A DNA stretch of 64,000 nucleotides from Chrysomallon squamiferum. Its lineage: Eukaryota; Animalia; Mollusca. The DNA is taken from positions 13,392,001-13,456,000 of the forward strand of contig CM022671.1 in the NCBI GenBank assembly GCA_012295275.1. The letters run 5' to 3'. Each line of letters opens with the position of its first letter. Within the stretch, counting starts at the first letter, position 1. A model generated the notes under the pieces. The model was not told where the DNA came from, did no database searches, and was given only the letters and a program-made list of their open reading frames with translations. Both the position numbers and the translations under genes were made by a program. Shown piece after piece: positions 1 through 13,200 of this stretch.

Positions 1-29
1 CACACAGACAATGAACAGAAAAAAAGAAG

Positions 30-210
30 AAAAAAATGTTTTATTTTATGAGACACTCAACACATTTTATTTACGGTTATATGGTGTCAGACATATACTG
101 AGAGAGGAAACCCGCTGTTGCCACTTCATGGACTGCTATTTTTGATTAGCAGTACGATCCAACAGACAGGGTGCACTGGTTGTACACGTAATGGCCCAAA
201 TGGACCCACA
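30..210 (-). mobile_element. Degenerate SINE-like repeat fragment
   Basis: The stretch 'cactcaacacattttatttacggttatatggtgtcagacata...gagagaggaaacccgctgttgccacttcatgg...cagacagggtgcactgg' resembles, from memory, an abundant gastropod tRNA-derived SINE in reverse orientation, here with internal deletions. An A-rich tract lies at the left. Not verified by search. Confidence 0.55.
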
Positions 211-481
211 GTCAGTGTAAAATAAATAATAAATAAAATAAAATAATAATAAAAAAGAAACTTTGTGTTGTGTGTGTATGATGCATATGACCAAAATAGG
301 TTGTGAGGTGAAATAAAACTAAATAATTGGGCGATTTATTGTAAAGTTCAACTGTTACAAATAATCTTGACAATCGAGTTTTAAGACACGTGTGTTATTT
401 GTTATATTCTGGTTTGTTACATTTTTTTCTTTCTTTCTTTGCACTAAATAAACTATAATGCAATATCAGTTTAATACCAAA

Positions 482-765
482 CTATACTAATCCAGCTTTA
501 CAGGAGCAGTTAGCCTTTGATAGCTGTTTTGTCTCCAAGCAAACCTGAATATGTGGTTTGTGTGCCAAGTCGTTTTTCCTCATGGAACGCCAGCATCTCG
601 CATTCATTTTCGGTTGATTTTTATCTGTAATTTTTATATTGCGGATGTAGCCTTGCGTAAAATAATTAAAACCTTTCTGTTGTGCTTTTCTGGAAGATAT
701 TAAACCTACACATCACACGGAATACTTGTTTCATCAGCTACTCCGTCTGCTACCGATTCCGCCAT
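482..765 (-). pseudogene. Relic ORF encoding the N-terminal half of a SWIM zinc-finger protein (Kolobok-type transposon accessory-gene-like)
   Basis: The ATG at 765 (context caaaATGG) hits a stop after 19 codons. A shifted frame reads ISSRKAQQKGFNYFTQGYIRNIKITDKNQPKMNARCWRSMRKNDLAHKPHIQVCLETKQLSKANCSCKAG. The KG-x2-F-x2-GY / C-x-RSMRK / CSCxAG pattern is typical of transposon SWIM proteins. It is frameshifted and truncated. Confidence 0.5.
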
Positions 766-1381
766 TTTGGATGTTAGCTTGTGGTACGTAGTAACAGTAA
801 CTAAGGTAGGCGTGGCTTACGTAGTAATGTGGCAACATGAATTGCATCCTTGAAGGCAGGCAATCCCATTACCACCTTTTGCCCAACGGCAGAACACAAA
901 GAACTGCTATTTAAAATAAAACTGTTTTGCCGTTAGAAAATTAATGAAAATAATGAACGTTCAGTTATCAGGAAACGGGTCTTTTATGAAACTAAGTAAT
1001 CCCAGAGGGCCGTACATTGCTTTAGAATTTATGTTATCTTTCATGGAACAAGACTGCTGACGTTTCCGGTAGGCAAAAATGTAGATCCGCTACTGTCACT
1101 AATACTATTTAATACATGTAAGTTATTAGCTTTCTTTCATAGTGATGATGTAATAAGAAACGGGAAAGCACGCTGACGTCGATCCGTAGACTCGTTTGTT
1201 TACACATTCCTATAATCTGAAAAGCAAAACTCATCACTTGTGTCGCAGAGGATAAAACGAGAAGTAGACGTAATGGGAATTGAATTGACAATTATATACT
1301 TAATGTAAAGCAGAAAGGAGCTCAGAAACTATAAATATCCCTATGTATTTTTGTTCGTGTGACTGAGAAAAAGATATATGT

Positions 1382-1382
1382 T

Positions 1383-1472
<90 letters not shown>
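1382..1472. repeat. (TA)n(GA)n compound microsatellite
   Basis: Directly visible. It is the source of the spurious RERERE ORF. Confidence 0.95.
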
Positions 1473-1477
<5 letters not shown>

Positions 1478-4400
1478 ATAATTACGATTTTTTGTTTCTT
1501 GAATTAACATTAAACACCTATTACAATACTGTCTTGATACATTTACTAGGGAGTTCAGTCAAAATTTCAAGCAGGCCGTCAAAAGAAGCAATTAGCATTT
1601 TGAATGTTGTAAATTGGATAAGCAGTTTGTGAGCTACATCAAATCAAAGATGCTAAAATGCCTGATTTTTTTGAAACAGTGAGCCAGTAATTACCTTACA
1701 TCTTGAAACAAAGGTGGCACCAGAAATATCAAATTTTTGCTGTTCTTGTACATTTATGTTTCTAGATTCAACAGTTTTTACCCAGTTGTTGTCACATTTT
1801 GTATACTATTAAAACAGAGACTATGAAAGGTAACTATCAACATTATATTATCCAATATAATGACCTAGACCGTATGTGCATATAATATAGACACGCATGC
1901 ACCCATCTCTCAACATAGAAAGTGAAAATAATGTATTGCTCCCGTAACATTTGAAAACAAATTTATATATACTTGATCCCCTCTTGATAAATATATATAT
2001 AGAGAGAGTGTCTAGTAGTACGAACCATTATGTTAAGTTTTATGGTTCCTGATTCATCATCAAACGATTCTACGCCAAGACGCATATTTAAATGCACACG
2101 GTATCACTAATCTGAAAAGATAACACAAAATTTTATATATATAATCTGGCAGAATTTAAAAAGATTTTGTTATTAGCAAATGTTTTTTATTAGTGACAAA
2201 TTCACATATATTTAACAAAGTTCACATTATTTGAACTTGAAAGTTGCAGAGGTGTTTTCTTATTTCCGTTTTGTAGCTGAACTGGCAACATCGGGCTCAA
2301 TGAGATGTTCTCATCTCTCTCTCTCTCTCTCTCCTAGCTCCCTTCCCTCTCCTCTCCCCTCTCTCACTCTCTGAATGGACACATCTCCGCGAATTCGTTT
2401 TCATTATGTTCTAATCAAATGGACATAATGTCACAGCTCATTAATTTCTAATACTAACAAATAATATCTATAAAGCTAGAATAATGTCTCTGCCAAACTT
2501 CGATATATTTATTAATGTAGATACTTCTTATTTATTGACACTAGGGATATCGGGAGAAATAACCACTAATAATATTACATATTTGTAAATAATGAAGCAA
2601 GTTATAAAATACTAAATTGTTTTCTATTTCCGAAATGAAATGAAGATGAGTAGTTTCTTTTTGTTTGGATATGAAATGATACGTGAATGGTATTTTCATT
2701 ATTATCAATAAACTACCTATTTATCTATTTTCGACTTATTATTTTTTCATCGGGCTTACGAAGAAGTTGTGATTGATGACCTGGTTAGAACTGTTTTAGT
2801 TATCGGAATTTTGTATTTGACTAAACTAGTAGACGGGCGTTTATCAATGATTCTGAGGGACCAAAAAATTGCCAAAGCAGAAGCTAACTTTGAGATATTC
2901 ATATTTAGAATTTGTCACCATAAAACAATCAGTACATTTTACTATTAACTGATGCCTGGTATCACCTACATTTGCTGTTGTATAATTATGACAATTAAAC
3001 GAAAGAAAGAAACAAAGAAAGTATCATGATGACATCATTTAAGTTATTGTTACGAATTAATGGAAAGGATCTTAAATATCTTGCAGAGAGATGAAAATTC
3101 ATATTGCGGCCTTTCATTAAATCAATAAACGGTATATAAAACTATCATTTTGTTTCTTACCCTTTGCCCTTTGAATATCGGATATGAAAAATTACTACTG
3201 CTACTACTACTACTACTACTAATAATAATAATGATTGCAGAAAAACCAAGGATCCCAAAAATTAAACGAATACATTGCTGTAACTACAATGAGGCAAATG
3301 CCTCATACCAAAATTGACGATTTAATTATTTATTTGATTTTGTTTGAATGTTTTTATTTTTTATTAATGTTTTGTTCCACTCCGCTTGGCGATTAAGTTT
3401 TTGCATCATTTCAAAAAGAGTCTAGTTGCAGTATGGCATGTGGGGTAGGCTGGACCAGAAGTAGTTTATTGAATGATTATCTGTATAATACACTTAGTAA
3501 ATGCAGAATGTGTCTTTATATATGTATTACTTTAATTTTAACTTAAAATCGTGTGAAATTAAGCACAAGAGAGAACATATCATGGTATGGTAGCGCTTTA
3601 CTGGACCAGACAATGGAAGAACTCCAAAACACAGAATCCATCCAAGATGTTGTGAACAATCTGATGATATCAAAGACGACTGATATAATTTAGAAACTCA
3701 GCAGCTAAAGATGTGGGCCCTAATTAGCCATATTATGTTGACATTACAATAATGTGCAGACTCCTAGACCCTAAGTTTTATTTACTTCTACAATTTGGCT
3801 GTGACTAAAATTGAGCAAAAACAAAAGAAGATGTTATTCATTCATCCCAATCAAGAATCTTGAACTTTGTAACATCAATGGGGCAGAGTTTCAAAAAATC
3901 GCCCACTGTGCCTTTCTGTCCCCAACACCACTGATTTTCCAGAATCTTCAGTTACAAAGCATTTCCATACTTTTAGTCAAATTATATATAGCACCACAAA
4001 CTGATATTGAAGATATTAAATGTAATTTAAATTATTAAATGATAATATATTAGTATTAATGATAAAGTATAGAATGTATCAGGAAAATCAGATTATTAAT
4101 TAAAAATCAATTTCAAATTCCGAGTCCTACCTTTATCCTGGTTATGAGAGGTTTCAGACCACAAATGGCTGAAAAAGTACGCATGCCTACAAATACTTTA
4201 ATCTTCAGTAACGTCTAAGTTAACACTATTTAATGGCACACTGCATACATTTTATAACGAAACAAATATTGAATAAGGACAACCATTATTTTTTATTTGT
4301 TTGTTTGTTTGTTTAATTATATATTTATTTTTATTTTTAATGGTTATTATTGGCTTTATTGGTTTCATTCTCCTTTAGGTGAACAATTCAACAGTTTAAG

Positions 4401-5463
4401 AAGTACAGCATTAAGATTTTCCTCTTAAAATAGGCAAAACAGTATTTTGATTAAGAATGAGAACTTAATTAAACCACATGTCATAGTTGATAATACTGGA
4501 AAAACTGAATAAACACAAATATAAAGGACTTTGAAGAAACTTTACAGTTGTTGTTAAAATCTAAAATTAGAACTATAAACACAGTAAATATTTTATTTAA
4601 GACCCTATAAAAATATGTAAGACAAATAATGTAAGACAAGTTGTACAAATAAAGTAAAATTCCGTGGAATTATTTTGCACAATGTTAAAAAGATTATATA
4701 TATATAATTAAATAATTTATAAGTAAATAAATTAAAACATAAAATAATAAAAAAGATATCAAAATGTAAGACATAAAATCCTGTCTTCTTCTCAGAAACA
4801 ATGTATTAAAAGAAAAAGTAAAAGAACTACATTTGTTTAGCTTCATATTATACAAAATTAAGAACTAAATAATAAATTTTATAAATTCATGTTTTATATA
4901 TATATATGTAAAGAACATGAATTTATTTCACTACTGTAAAAGGTGATTATATGCAAACAATGGAATAAAGATATACAAAACATCTTTATAGACTAACAAA
5001 TACTGTAAATGTATCAAAGGCACTGAATGGGCAACACAGGATTTCTACCACCAGCTGTATGTGTTGTGTCTGGAATTATACGTGAATGTGTATGTGTAAG
5101 CAATACTGTTAAATGATTAATTAAAAAAATAAATTCTTATATATATATAATTCCTGTGAGAACAGAATGAATTGCATATAAGTTATGAACAACTCCATGT
5201 ATAACTGCTGTTATATACTGTTCATTTTAATTACATTTATACTCTCAAATAGTCGATTAGTTTTTTGTTTTTCTTATTTTATCTTAATGTTGCTGTTTTT
5301 TTAATTTATAATTTTAAAATTATTTTTTATTGTTTGTAAATTAGATTAAGATTATATATCTGAATTTAGAAACATTTAGAGAATTTTCCTTTTGTTTTTA
5401 AATACATTTAACTTATTTATCCTTTCAAATCACTGTCAATTAAATAAGTGAATCTATACCAAT

Positions 5464-5468
5464 ATGTA

Positions 5469-5532
<64 letters not shown>

Positions 5533-5533
5533 T
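5464..5533. repeat. (TG)n(TA)n(CA)n self-complementary microsatellite
   Basis: Directly visible: a TG tract, a TA tract, then a CA tract. Confidence 0.9.
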
Positions 5534-7255
5534 AAAAATACAGATAAGAACAACTGAATTTGTAATATCCACAATACACAAAACAGAATAAATTATAATA
5601 TTATGTATTAAGACAACAAACAAAACAAAACAAAAAATATATATATATATAAAGAAACCCCCCCAAAAACAACAAACACTTATTATAATGTGCAAATAGA
5701 AAAAAAAATCATAAGAAATTAGTAAATTCATGAAATTAGATTAAATACAAACATGGAAATATCATTTGCCTGTGGTCTGGGGCTTTAGCACCAAAGAATT
5801 ATATATATTTAAATATAACTATCTCACCACATTTAACAAAATTTAATTATTATTGTGTCTTGGTTTTGCTTTCAGAATCATATTTCATAAGGAAAGGTGG
5901 TTAGGTGACAAAATGACCATCATACAAAACAATTTGTTTTATTACCTTCATTAGTAGAATCACCTCAAAAAATAAAATATTATGAAATGTATTAAAATAG
6001 TTCAAAGCAATCAAGAATATAATTATATAAAAATAAATTTACAACACAAAGTTAAAATTCAGATTCTCAAAAAGTAACAGCAAAACACTGAAAAATAAAT
6101 TGATGGTTTAATTATATTCTTAATCTTGATTGATTTTACAGGAAATATTCAATATTTAATATCTGTTTTACATTGGTTACTAGAAACAATCAAAATATAG
6201 CCTGGCAAAAAATATTACTAAAGTAACAACCTGAAAAAGAATTAATAAGAAAATATGAATATTCATTTCTTTTTACAAAATAGAACAGACCCAAAATCTG
6301 TCAAAATATATAAAATAAAACTTCTGTCCGTATTAAAATGAATTATACACATATACACAACTACAAACCAAAAAAAACTATTTGTTTTTTAAAAGTAATA
6401 AAACAACCACATGTAAATGACATGACATAAATATATACCAATACTGTAGGAAAACACAAACATTATTCTCCTAAATTTAATTCCATAAATTCTATAAAGT
6501 AAGACAAAATACAGTTATCAAACTGAACTAATTAGTTAAAAGCAAGAAGGAGTTTGGAATGTTTAAAAACACAAAAAAGTTGGTAAATACTTGATAAATA
6601 CTTTTTATGTTGTATTCTGTGTAAGTAAATGGCGAAGTACTTTTCACTGTGTAATCTGAGTAAGTTAAATGAACAAGGACTTTTCATGTATTCTGAGTGA
6701 ATTAAATAAAAGTCTACTTTTAAAGCTGTTGTTGTTTTCAATGCAAGTTATCTACTTTTTATGATCTGTTTTTCCTACTGTACATTATCTACTGTTCATA
6801 TATAAATTATCTGCTTTTCAACTATACAAATAAAATTTAAGTTTTTACAAAAGCTGAAATGAAAATTGCAGCCAGTTGAACACACATTTATTCTGTAGAA
6901 AAAAATATAAGATATTTTGCAAACTCAAAACATTCAGTTTATATAAGTTATGGATCTGACCAGAAATTTACGCAATTACCTGCTGTAAATTACTTTATTA
7001 ACTGATCATAAAATTATCATTGTACATTAATTGAAAAAAACTAAAGCTATCAGTGAAATGTAATTATGCATTATTATATGTAATTATACATTTAAATTAA
7101 CAATTTTAGTATAACTTACAGAAAATCATCTATAAATTCAGTTAGGAAATATGCAATCTGAATTTAGACCATTATCATCATCGTTATGACAGACAATAAA
7201 TGAGTTTTAAAAAAAATGGCAGAGTAATAGTGATGAATTGTTTTCATATTTAACA

Positions 7256-10200
7256 TTATGCCACTGTTCCTGTAACAGTATTGGATATAAATAGATCAGT
7301 TTCTCTATGTTCATCATCATCTGATGCTGCCTCTGGTGAAGTTGACACAACTGGTGATGCAGCTACAGCTGGTGTTTTTCTTTCTTCGCTTGATGGAACA
7401 GCAGATTCGAAATTGTCACTGTAATGATACTGTGAACTTAGGTCAATGTTGACGTAGGTGTTGATGATGTCACATCGCTTGGGTCCAGTTTTGTGCTTTA
7501 CTTCTTTGATAATGTTTTCCATTTCACCAACAAGCTGTGAAAATGTTGGCCGGTCAGCACCTGATGCCCTCCAACACTGATGCATGATTGCATAGCTGTA
7601 CAAAATACAGAATATAGAAAATTTCAGCAATCTCTTTTTACAATTTTTGAAGCTACATTCTTTACTGGCAATCTCTGTTTTAACAGTGATTTATAAGTTT
7701 AACCATTCATTTTGGTATAAATTATATTATTTCATTCCTCATGTTGCTGAGAACAAGAATAAAGGTATGGATAGCAGGTTCTGTGCAGTTTTGTGGTTGT
7801 GCTGCATTATATCAAACAATCCCAGAAGATCTGAACGGTATAGTGTCTGTGACTAATTTAAAATGTAACATTTTTAGTTCAGTTATGTGATAAATGGATG
7901 GTACTGATATCTGTGGCTATTGTGATGAGTTATATATCTGGATACATTGTGCCTTATTTACAGCTAATTGAATTTATCCAAATATACCAATAGGGTAATT
8001 GAATGTATCTGAATACACTCAATAATACAAACTGAATTTTTGGTTAATTAAAAATATTAGAATATACTCACAGAGGATCTGGACAATACTGTGGCTGAGG
8101 CATTCTGCGACCTGCTTTCAGATAGCGAATCACATCCCAGTTGTCAACATCTGGATAGGGATTTACTCCACGAGTCATCAACTCCCACAAAACAACTCCA
8201 AACGACCACTAAAATAGTCATAAGTTTATTACTTTTTATAAATTCACACTGTTACTGTCATGTTTAAATTAAGAAATAATTATAATTGTGTATTATAAAT
8301 TGAGTATTGCTTAAACTGTGATGTAATAACAAATTATACAAAAATTAAAGGCTCCTATATTTATCTCATTTTGATAGAACATTTGATTCAACTTTTATTT
8401 ATCTCATCTGAATCTGAGTGTTTTATTTGTGTATTAATAAACAAATACCTATAACATCTGTATAAAAAACATATTTCTACAACACCTGGTTTTGATGTGA
8501 TATGTATAATAATAAACGTGTGTACAATACCTGGTTTTGATGTAATATGTATAATAATAAACATGTGTGTACAATACCTGGTTTTTATGTAATATGTATA
8601 ATAATAAACATGTATGTACAACATCTGGCTTTGATATGTATGTATATTAATAAACTTATATTTACTATATAAGACCTGTAACTAAAATATGGTTTGATCT
8701 GTAATATATTAATAAACTTTATTTACTATATCAGACTTTGATGTGTATGTATAACAATAAAAATATATTTACTTTATCAGACCTAGAACCCATTTAATTA
8801 TTTAATTATTTAATCTGTAATATATTAATAAATTTTTGCTTACCACATCAGACTTTGATGTGTATGTCCCTTTCTCTAAACTTTCAAGTGCCATCCATTT
8901 CACGGGAAGTTTGGTTTTCTTGTTGTCTGAGCTGTAATATTCCTTCTCATAAATGTCTCGAGCTAGTCCAAAATCAGCTACTTTCACACAGAAATCATCA
9001 TCCAGCCTGTGGAAAGGAATTGGTATTACTCTTAATGTTAATGTGGTAGTAATAAACAAAGAAAATGCTTTGTATGGCATAAAATAATTTAATTTTGGAC
9101 ATGATGGATAAAATTTACTATCTATAAACACACATAACTAAACAAAAAGAAAACTTCTTCTTAGCTAATAATAACAGGAATTTAAGAAACAAATATGAAG
9201 CATTATCAAACAAAAGCTAAATGAAAATTTCACAAACTCACATGCAGTTTCGTGCTGCCAAATCTCTGTGAACAAATTTGATGCCTGACAGATACTCCAT
9301 ACCTTTAGCTATGTCTATACCAAATATTATTAGATCTTTAATTGTGGGGTTCTGAAACAAACATCAAGCATTTAAGATGTTCAACATTGATAAGCTGGAC
9401 ATACATTAACAACAACAAAAATGAAAAAAAGGAAAAAGTGACAAAAAAAAAAGAAAAAATATTTAGAAAGAAATGTTAGTAACAAATGTTAAATAATAAT
9501 AATAAAATTAAATAAACCTAGAAAAATTAAAATACATGTGCAATTAATAAAATAATAATAAAAGCAGTACCACTAGCTACAGAGTGTTAAATTCTGATTT
9601 ATTTACTAGTAATTAGGTCTTTATAATTTTGACAGTTTTCTCAAACAGATAATCTGTCTTTCCTATATGGCATCTGTAAATTGTTATTATTCTCTACCAA
9701 GTTATATTACATTAAATTAGCATTATTTTTTTAGTTCTTTAATTTATTAATCAATTTAAAAAAAAAAGCTTTTTCAATTTATTGTCTTTTTATTTTGTTG
9801 TAAGAATAATAATAAAAAAGGCCTACAGTAGGATATTTAAACTTTATTTCTATTTCATCTTGTCGTGTTTAATTAGAGAACAGTAAGAAAAAACCATGCA
9901 TAATATATATCAACTAATTATTTAAATGTTACATACTTTTAATTTCAAACAAAACACAAATAATTATTTATAAGTTATTTACAATTAATGAAAATGAAAA
10001 GTGAATAAAAATATAGAAAAATAAAATAAAATAAAAATAAAAAGCTGTTGTAAAATACTATTATTTTTCTGTAACAGATTTTTTTATTTTAAATTCATTC
10101 CTTTTTATGTGGAATTTCATAAAATGCAGTCAATGTGACCCATAATTAACACAATTGTCACATAACCAAATTAGAACTCCACAGTTATACATAAAGACCT

Positions 10201-13200
10201 CCCTGTAGATGGCTACCCAACTTGGCTTGACTCTAAGGGTGTTCAGGGAACAATGTCATATACGTATTTATATTCAGTCAACATTAAATCACTAGAAAAA
10301 CAACAACACAAGTTTAGATTTAAAGAATATATGCATTATATGATATAATAATAGGTATTTACCAAGTAAGCTTATAATGCTTATATGGCCAATTACAAAC
10401 AGTTTTATGCCACAAAATTACTCTCAATACATAAGGGAGATATTAAATCTGTTTATTCCCGAAGGTAAAATAGCACATCTCAATAGGCATTTCAATATGC
10501 AGATATATCAAAGTAATTTATTGCTTAGCATGACGTTGACATCACAGTAAGTTAACAATAACACCATGTGGTATCAATGCTTACAATTACTGATGATCAG
10601 TGTTGACTTCAGATTCCCAGCTATTCTCACCCACTGTTTTAGAGATAACAGCCTACAGTTTACTCTGATTGGTCTCATCTCAGATTCCCAGCTATTCTCA
10701 AAATATGGTTATATTACTTCAATACAGATATCCATATATAATAGAAATTTGTTAGAAAGCCACATCAAACTACCTTTCAGTTTCTTAGATCAGCTGGATC
10801 TATATAACTGTCCAGCTGACACTTAGCCACATGTTTGTCCTGTAAAACTGATCTCCCCTAACCAAAAATGTGACCTCTGCTTTTATTGCCTAGGAAAGAT
10901 CACATAGGGGGTCTTTTAACATTCATGTCTCAGGGTGGTGCTGAGGCTGTTTAGAACTTCAGTAGACATGCAGAGGCTAGTGGGTCCCCCAAAACAACAT
11001 TTCACCATAGCTTATGTAATTTTTAAGGGTTACATTTTAAAGAGGAGACTGATGTCTCCGTCACAATATATATAAACACACACACACACAAAATTCAAAT
11101 ATCAAATAGATTATGTTTACGTATTTTCAGTTTTAACTTTTCATGTTAAAAAAGAAATTAATAATTTTTATAAAGAAACTGACTAACATTTTTTTCATCT
11201 CGGATGTAGGACAGGAGGTCTCCATGTTTCATGAAAGGCAGAACAACTAGTGGCATGCTGTCAAGACCAAGACAAATACCAATAAGTTCAAGAACATTGG
11301 GATGATGGAAATCCTTCATAATCAGTGCTTCCTGCAGAAAAGCCTGCATCTCTATCTCTCGTGGGTTGTCCTCTGTAACACAAAGACAGTTTTTAGTTTT
11401 AAAGTATGTCTTATTATCAGTAACGATATTCTGAAGCAAACTGTCATTAACTGTTAGAAATACAGAAACTTACGATGTAAAGTTTTCACTGCAACCATCA
11501 GATCTCCTTTTTCTTCAGCCAGAGTTAGAAATGCACGATTCACACAGCCAAAATGTCCTGTAATAAACATATTAGCTTACAAAGCAAGATAAATACATCA
11601 AATAAGTCCAAATATTTACCACTAGTTAATTTTATTAAATTATCAAATACTAGTTAAACACATTAAATTTAATTATTATTCCCACATAAAACTTTACATG
11701 GAGTTTTTAAGTTCTTTTGAGGACCACATTCCCATGACATTTGATGCATATACATTGTGTTATTGACAGTAAATGTGGTCATTCCACACAACATACTTTT
11801 TTGTTAAAAATTAAGAAAAGACCTTTGGTAAATACCAAAATCAAATTTATTTCTGGATATCATATAAAACAAAAGATATTTCTTAAGAGTTTGTTTTTGT
11901 TGTATAAAACAAAAAAAAACAAAAAAAACCTTAATACTGTAAAAACATACCTCGTCCAATGATTTCTCCCAGAGTGAGGCAGTCTCGATCAATAAGAAGA
12001 TTTTCATTTCGAATGAGAGCCAGAGTGTCCTCATCCACCACTGATGTAAAGTGATATTCTGGTTGTGAAATGACTCCCTGTTCAGCATATGCTGAAAAAT
12101 AGCCACAGAATATATGTTTAAATATGATGCTCTTATTCCACAATCAGCATAACTTGAAACGAATACCGAATGATTGCTTTTATATGTAATTTGTCAAATG
12201 GCCTACATGTTCAATACATTCTGAAAAATAACATAATTAATAATTGCTTAATTATGTACAATGGTGTTTATGCTGTTAAACAATGCGTTATTTGAATGAT
12301 TATTTATTTAATCATACCTCATTAAATAATTACTACCAGGTATCAGTAATAAAATTCTATGTTTAGAAGCAGTACTATCCGCTGCCAAACCCAACTGACT
12401 TCTACTATTAATGTTTTTATTTCTCTCTCTCTCACACCCACATACACGCACAACACATATACATGGTTTATCAATTTTTTAATTATTTTTTTTATTCATT
12501 ATGTTCCCACGTTTTCATTTAAGCAAAATCAGAACAAATTATTTTTTACAAGAGGTACAAATGTTTTTACACTCTAAACAAATATTTTTCAAAAATTTTC
12601 TTCCCTGAAGCTCTGAAAACCAGTGACAATTGGATGAAAGTAAAGAGTACCATTCTGTCTGTTTTCCAGGTTGTACATGCGCTCTCCAGTTTGTCCTGTT
12701 TCAACAATACCCTGAGTGTACTCAACTCTGTGTTCATCATCCAACTTCGGCTTGAACAAACACACCTGTTGTCTCTTCATCACACACAGAAGTACACCAA
12801 CAGCAATACAGGTCATCAAAACTATCAAAATCAAAATGATGATGCTTACAGACATCTCAGCAGAAGCAGGTGCTGTATAGCGAAGATAACCAATGTGAAA
12901 GCGCAGATAGCCAACATGTACCTATAAAATAAATACAGATATCCAATATACCACTCTAAAATAAATACAGATAACTAATATACCACTCTAAAAATATATA
13001 CAGATATCAAATATACCACTCTAAAATTATATAGATATCCAATATACCACTCTAAAAATAAATACAGATATCTAATATACCACTCTAAAAATATATACAG
13101 ATATCTAATATACCACTCTAAAAATAAACACAGATATCAAATATACCACTCTAAAAATAAATACAGATATTCAGTAGGTACCTATAGAAATAAATATAGA

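Noticed and set aside
1378-1632. ORF with RERERE run
   Set aside because: It is a translation of the (TA)n(GA)n microsatellite.
3421-3460. Peptide SSCSMACGVGWTR resembling a thrombospondin type-1 motif
   Set aside because: No upstream Trp residues, no convincing splice sites and no continuation of the domain; probably chance.
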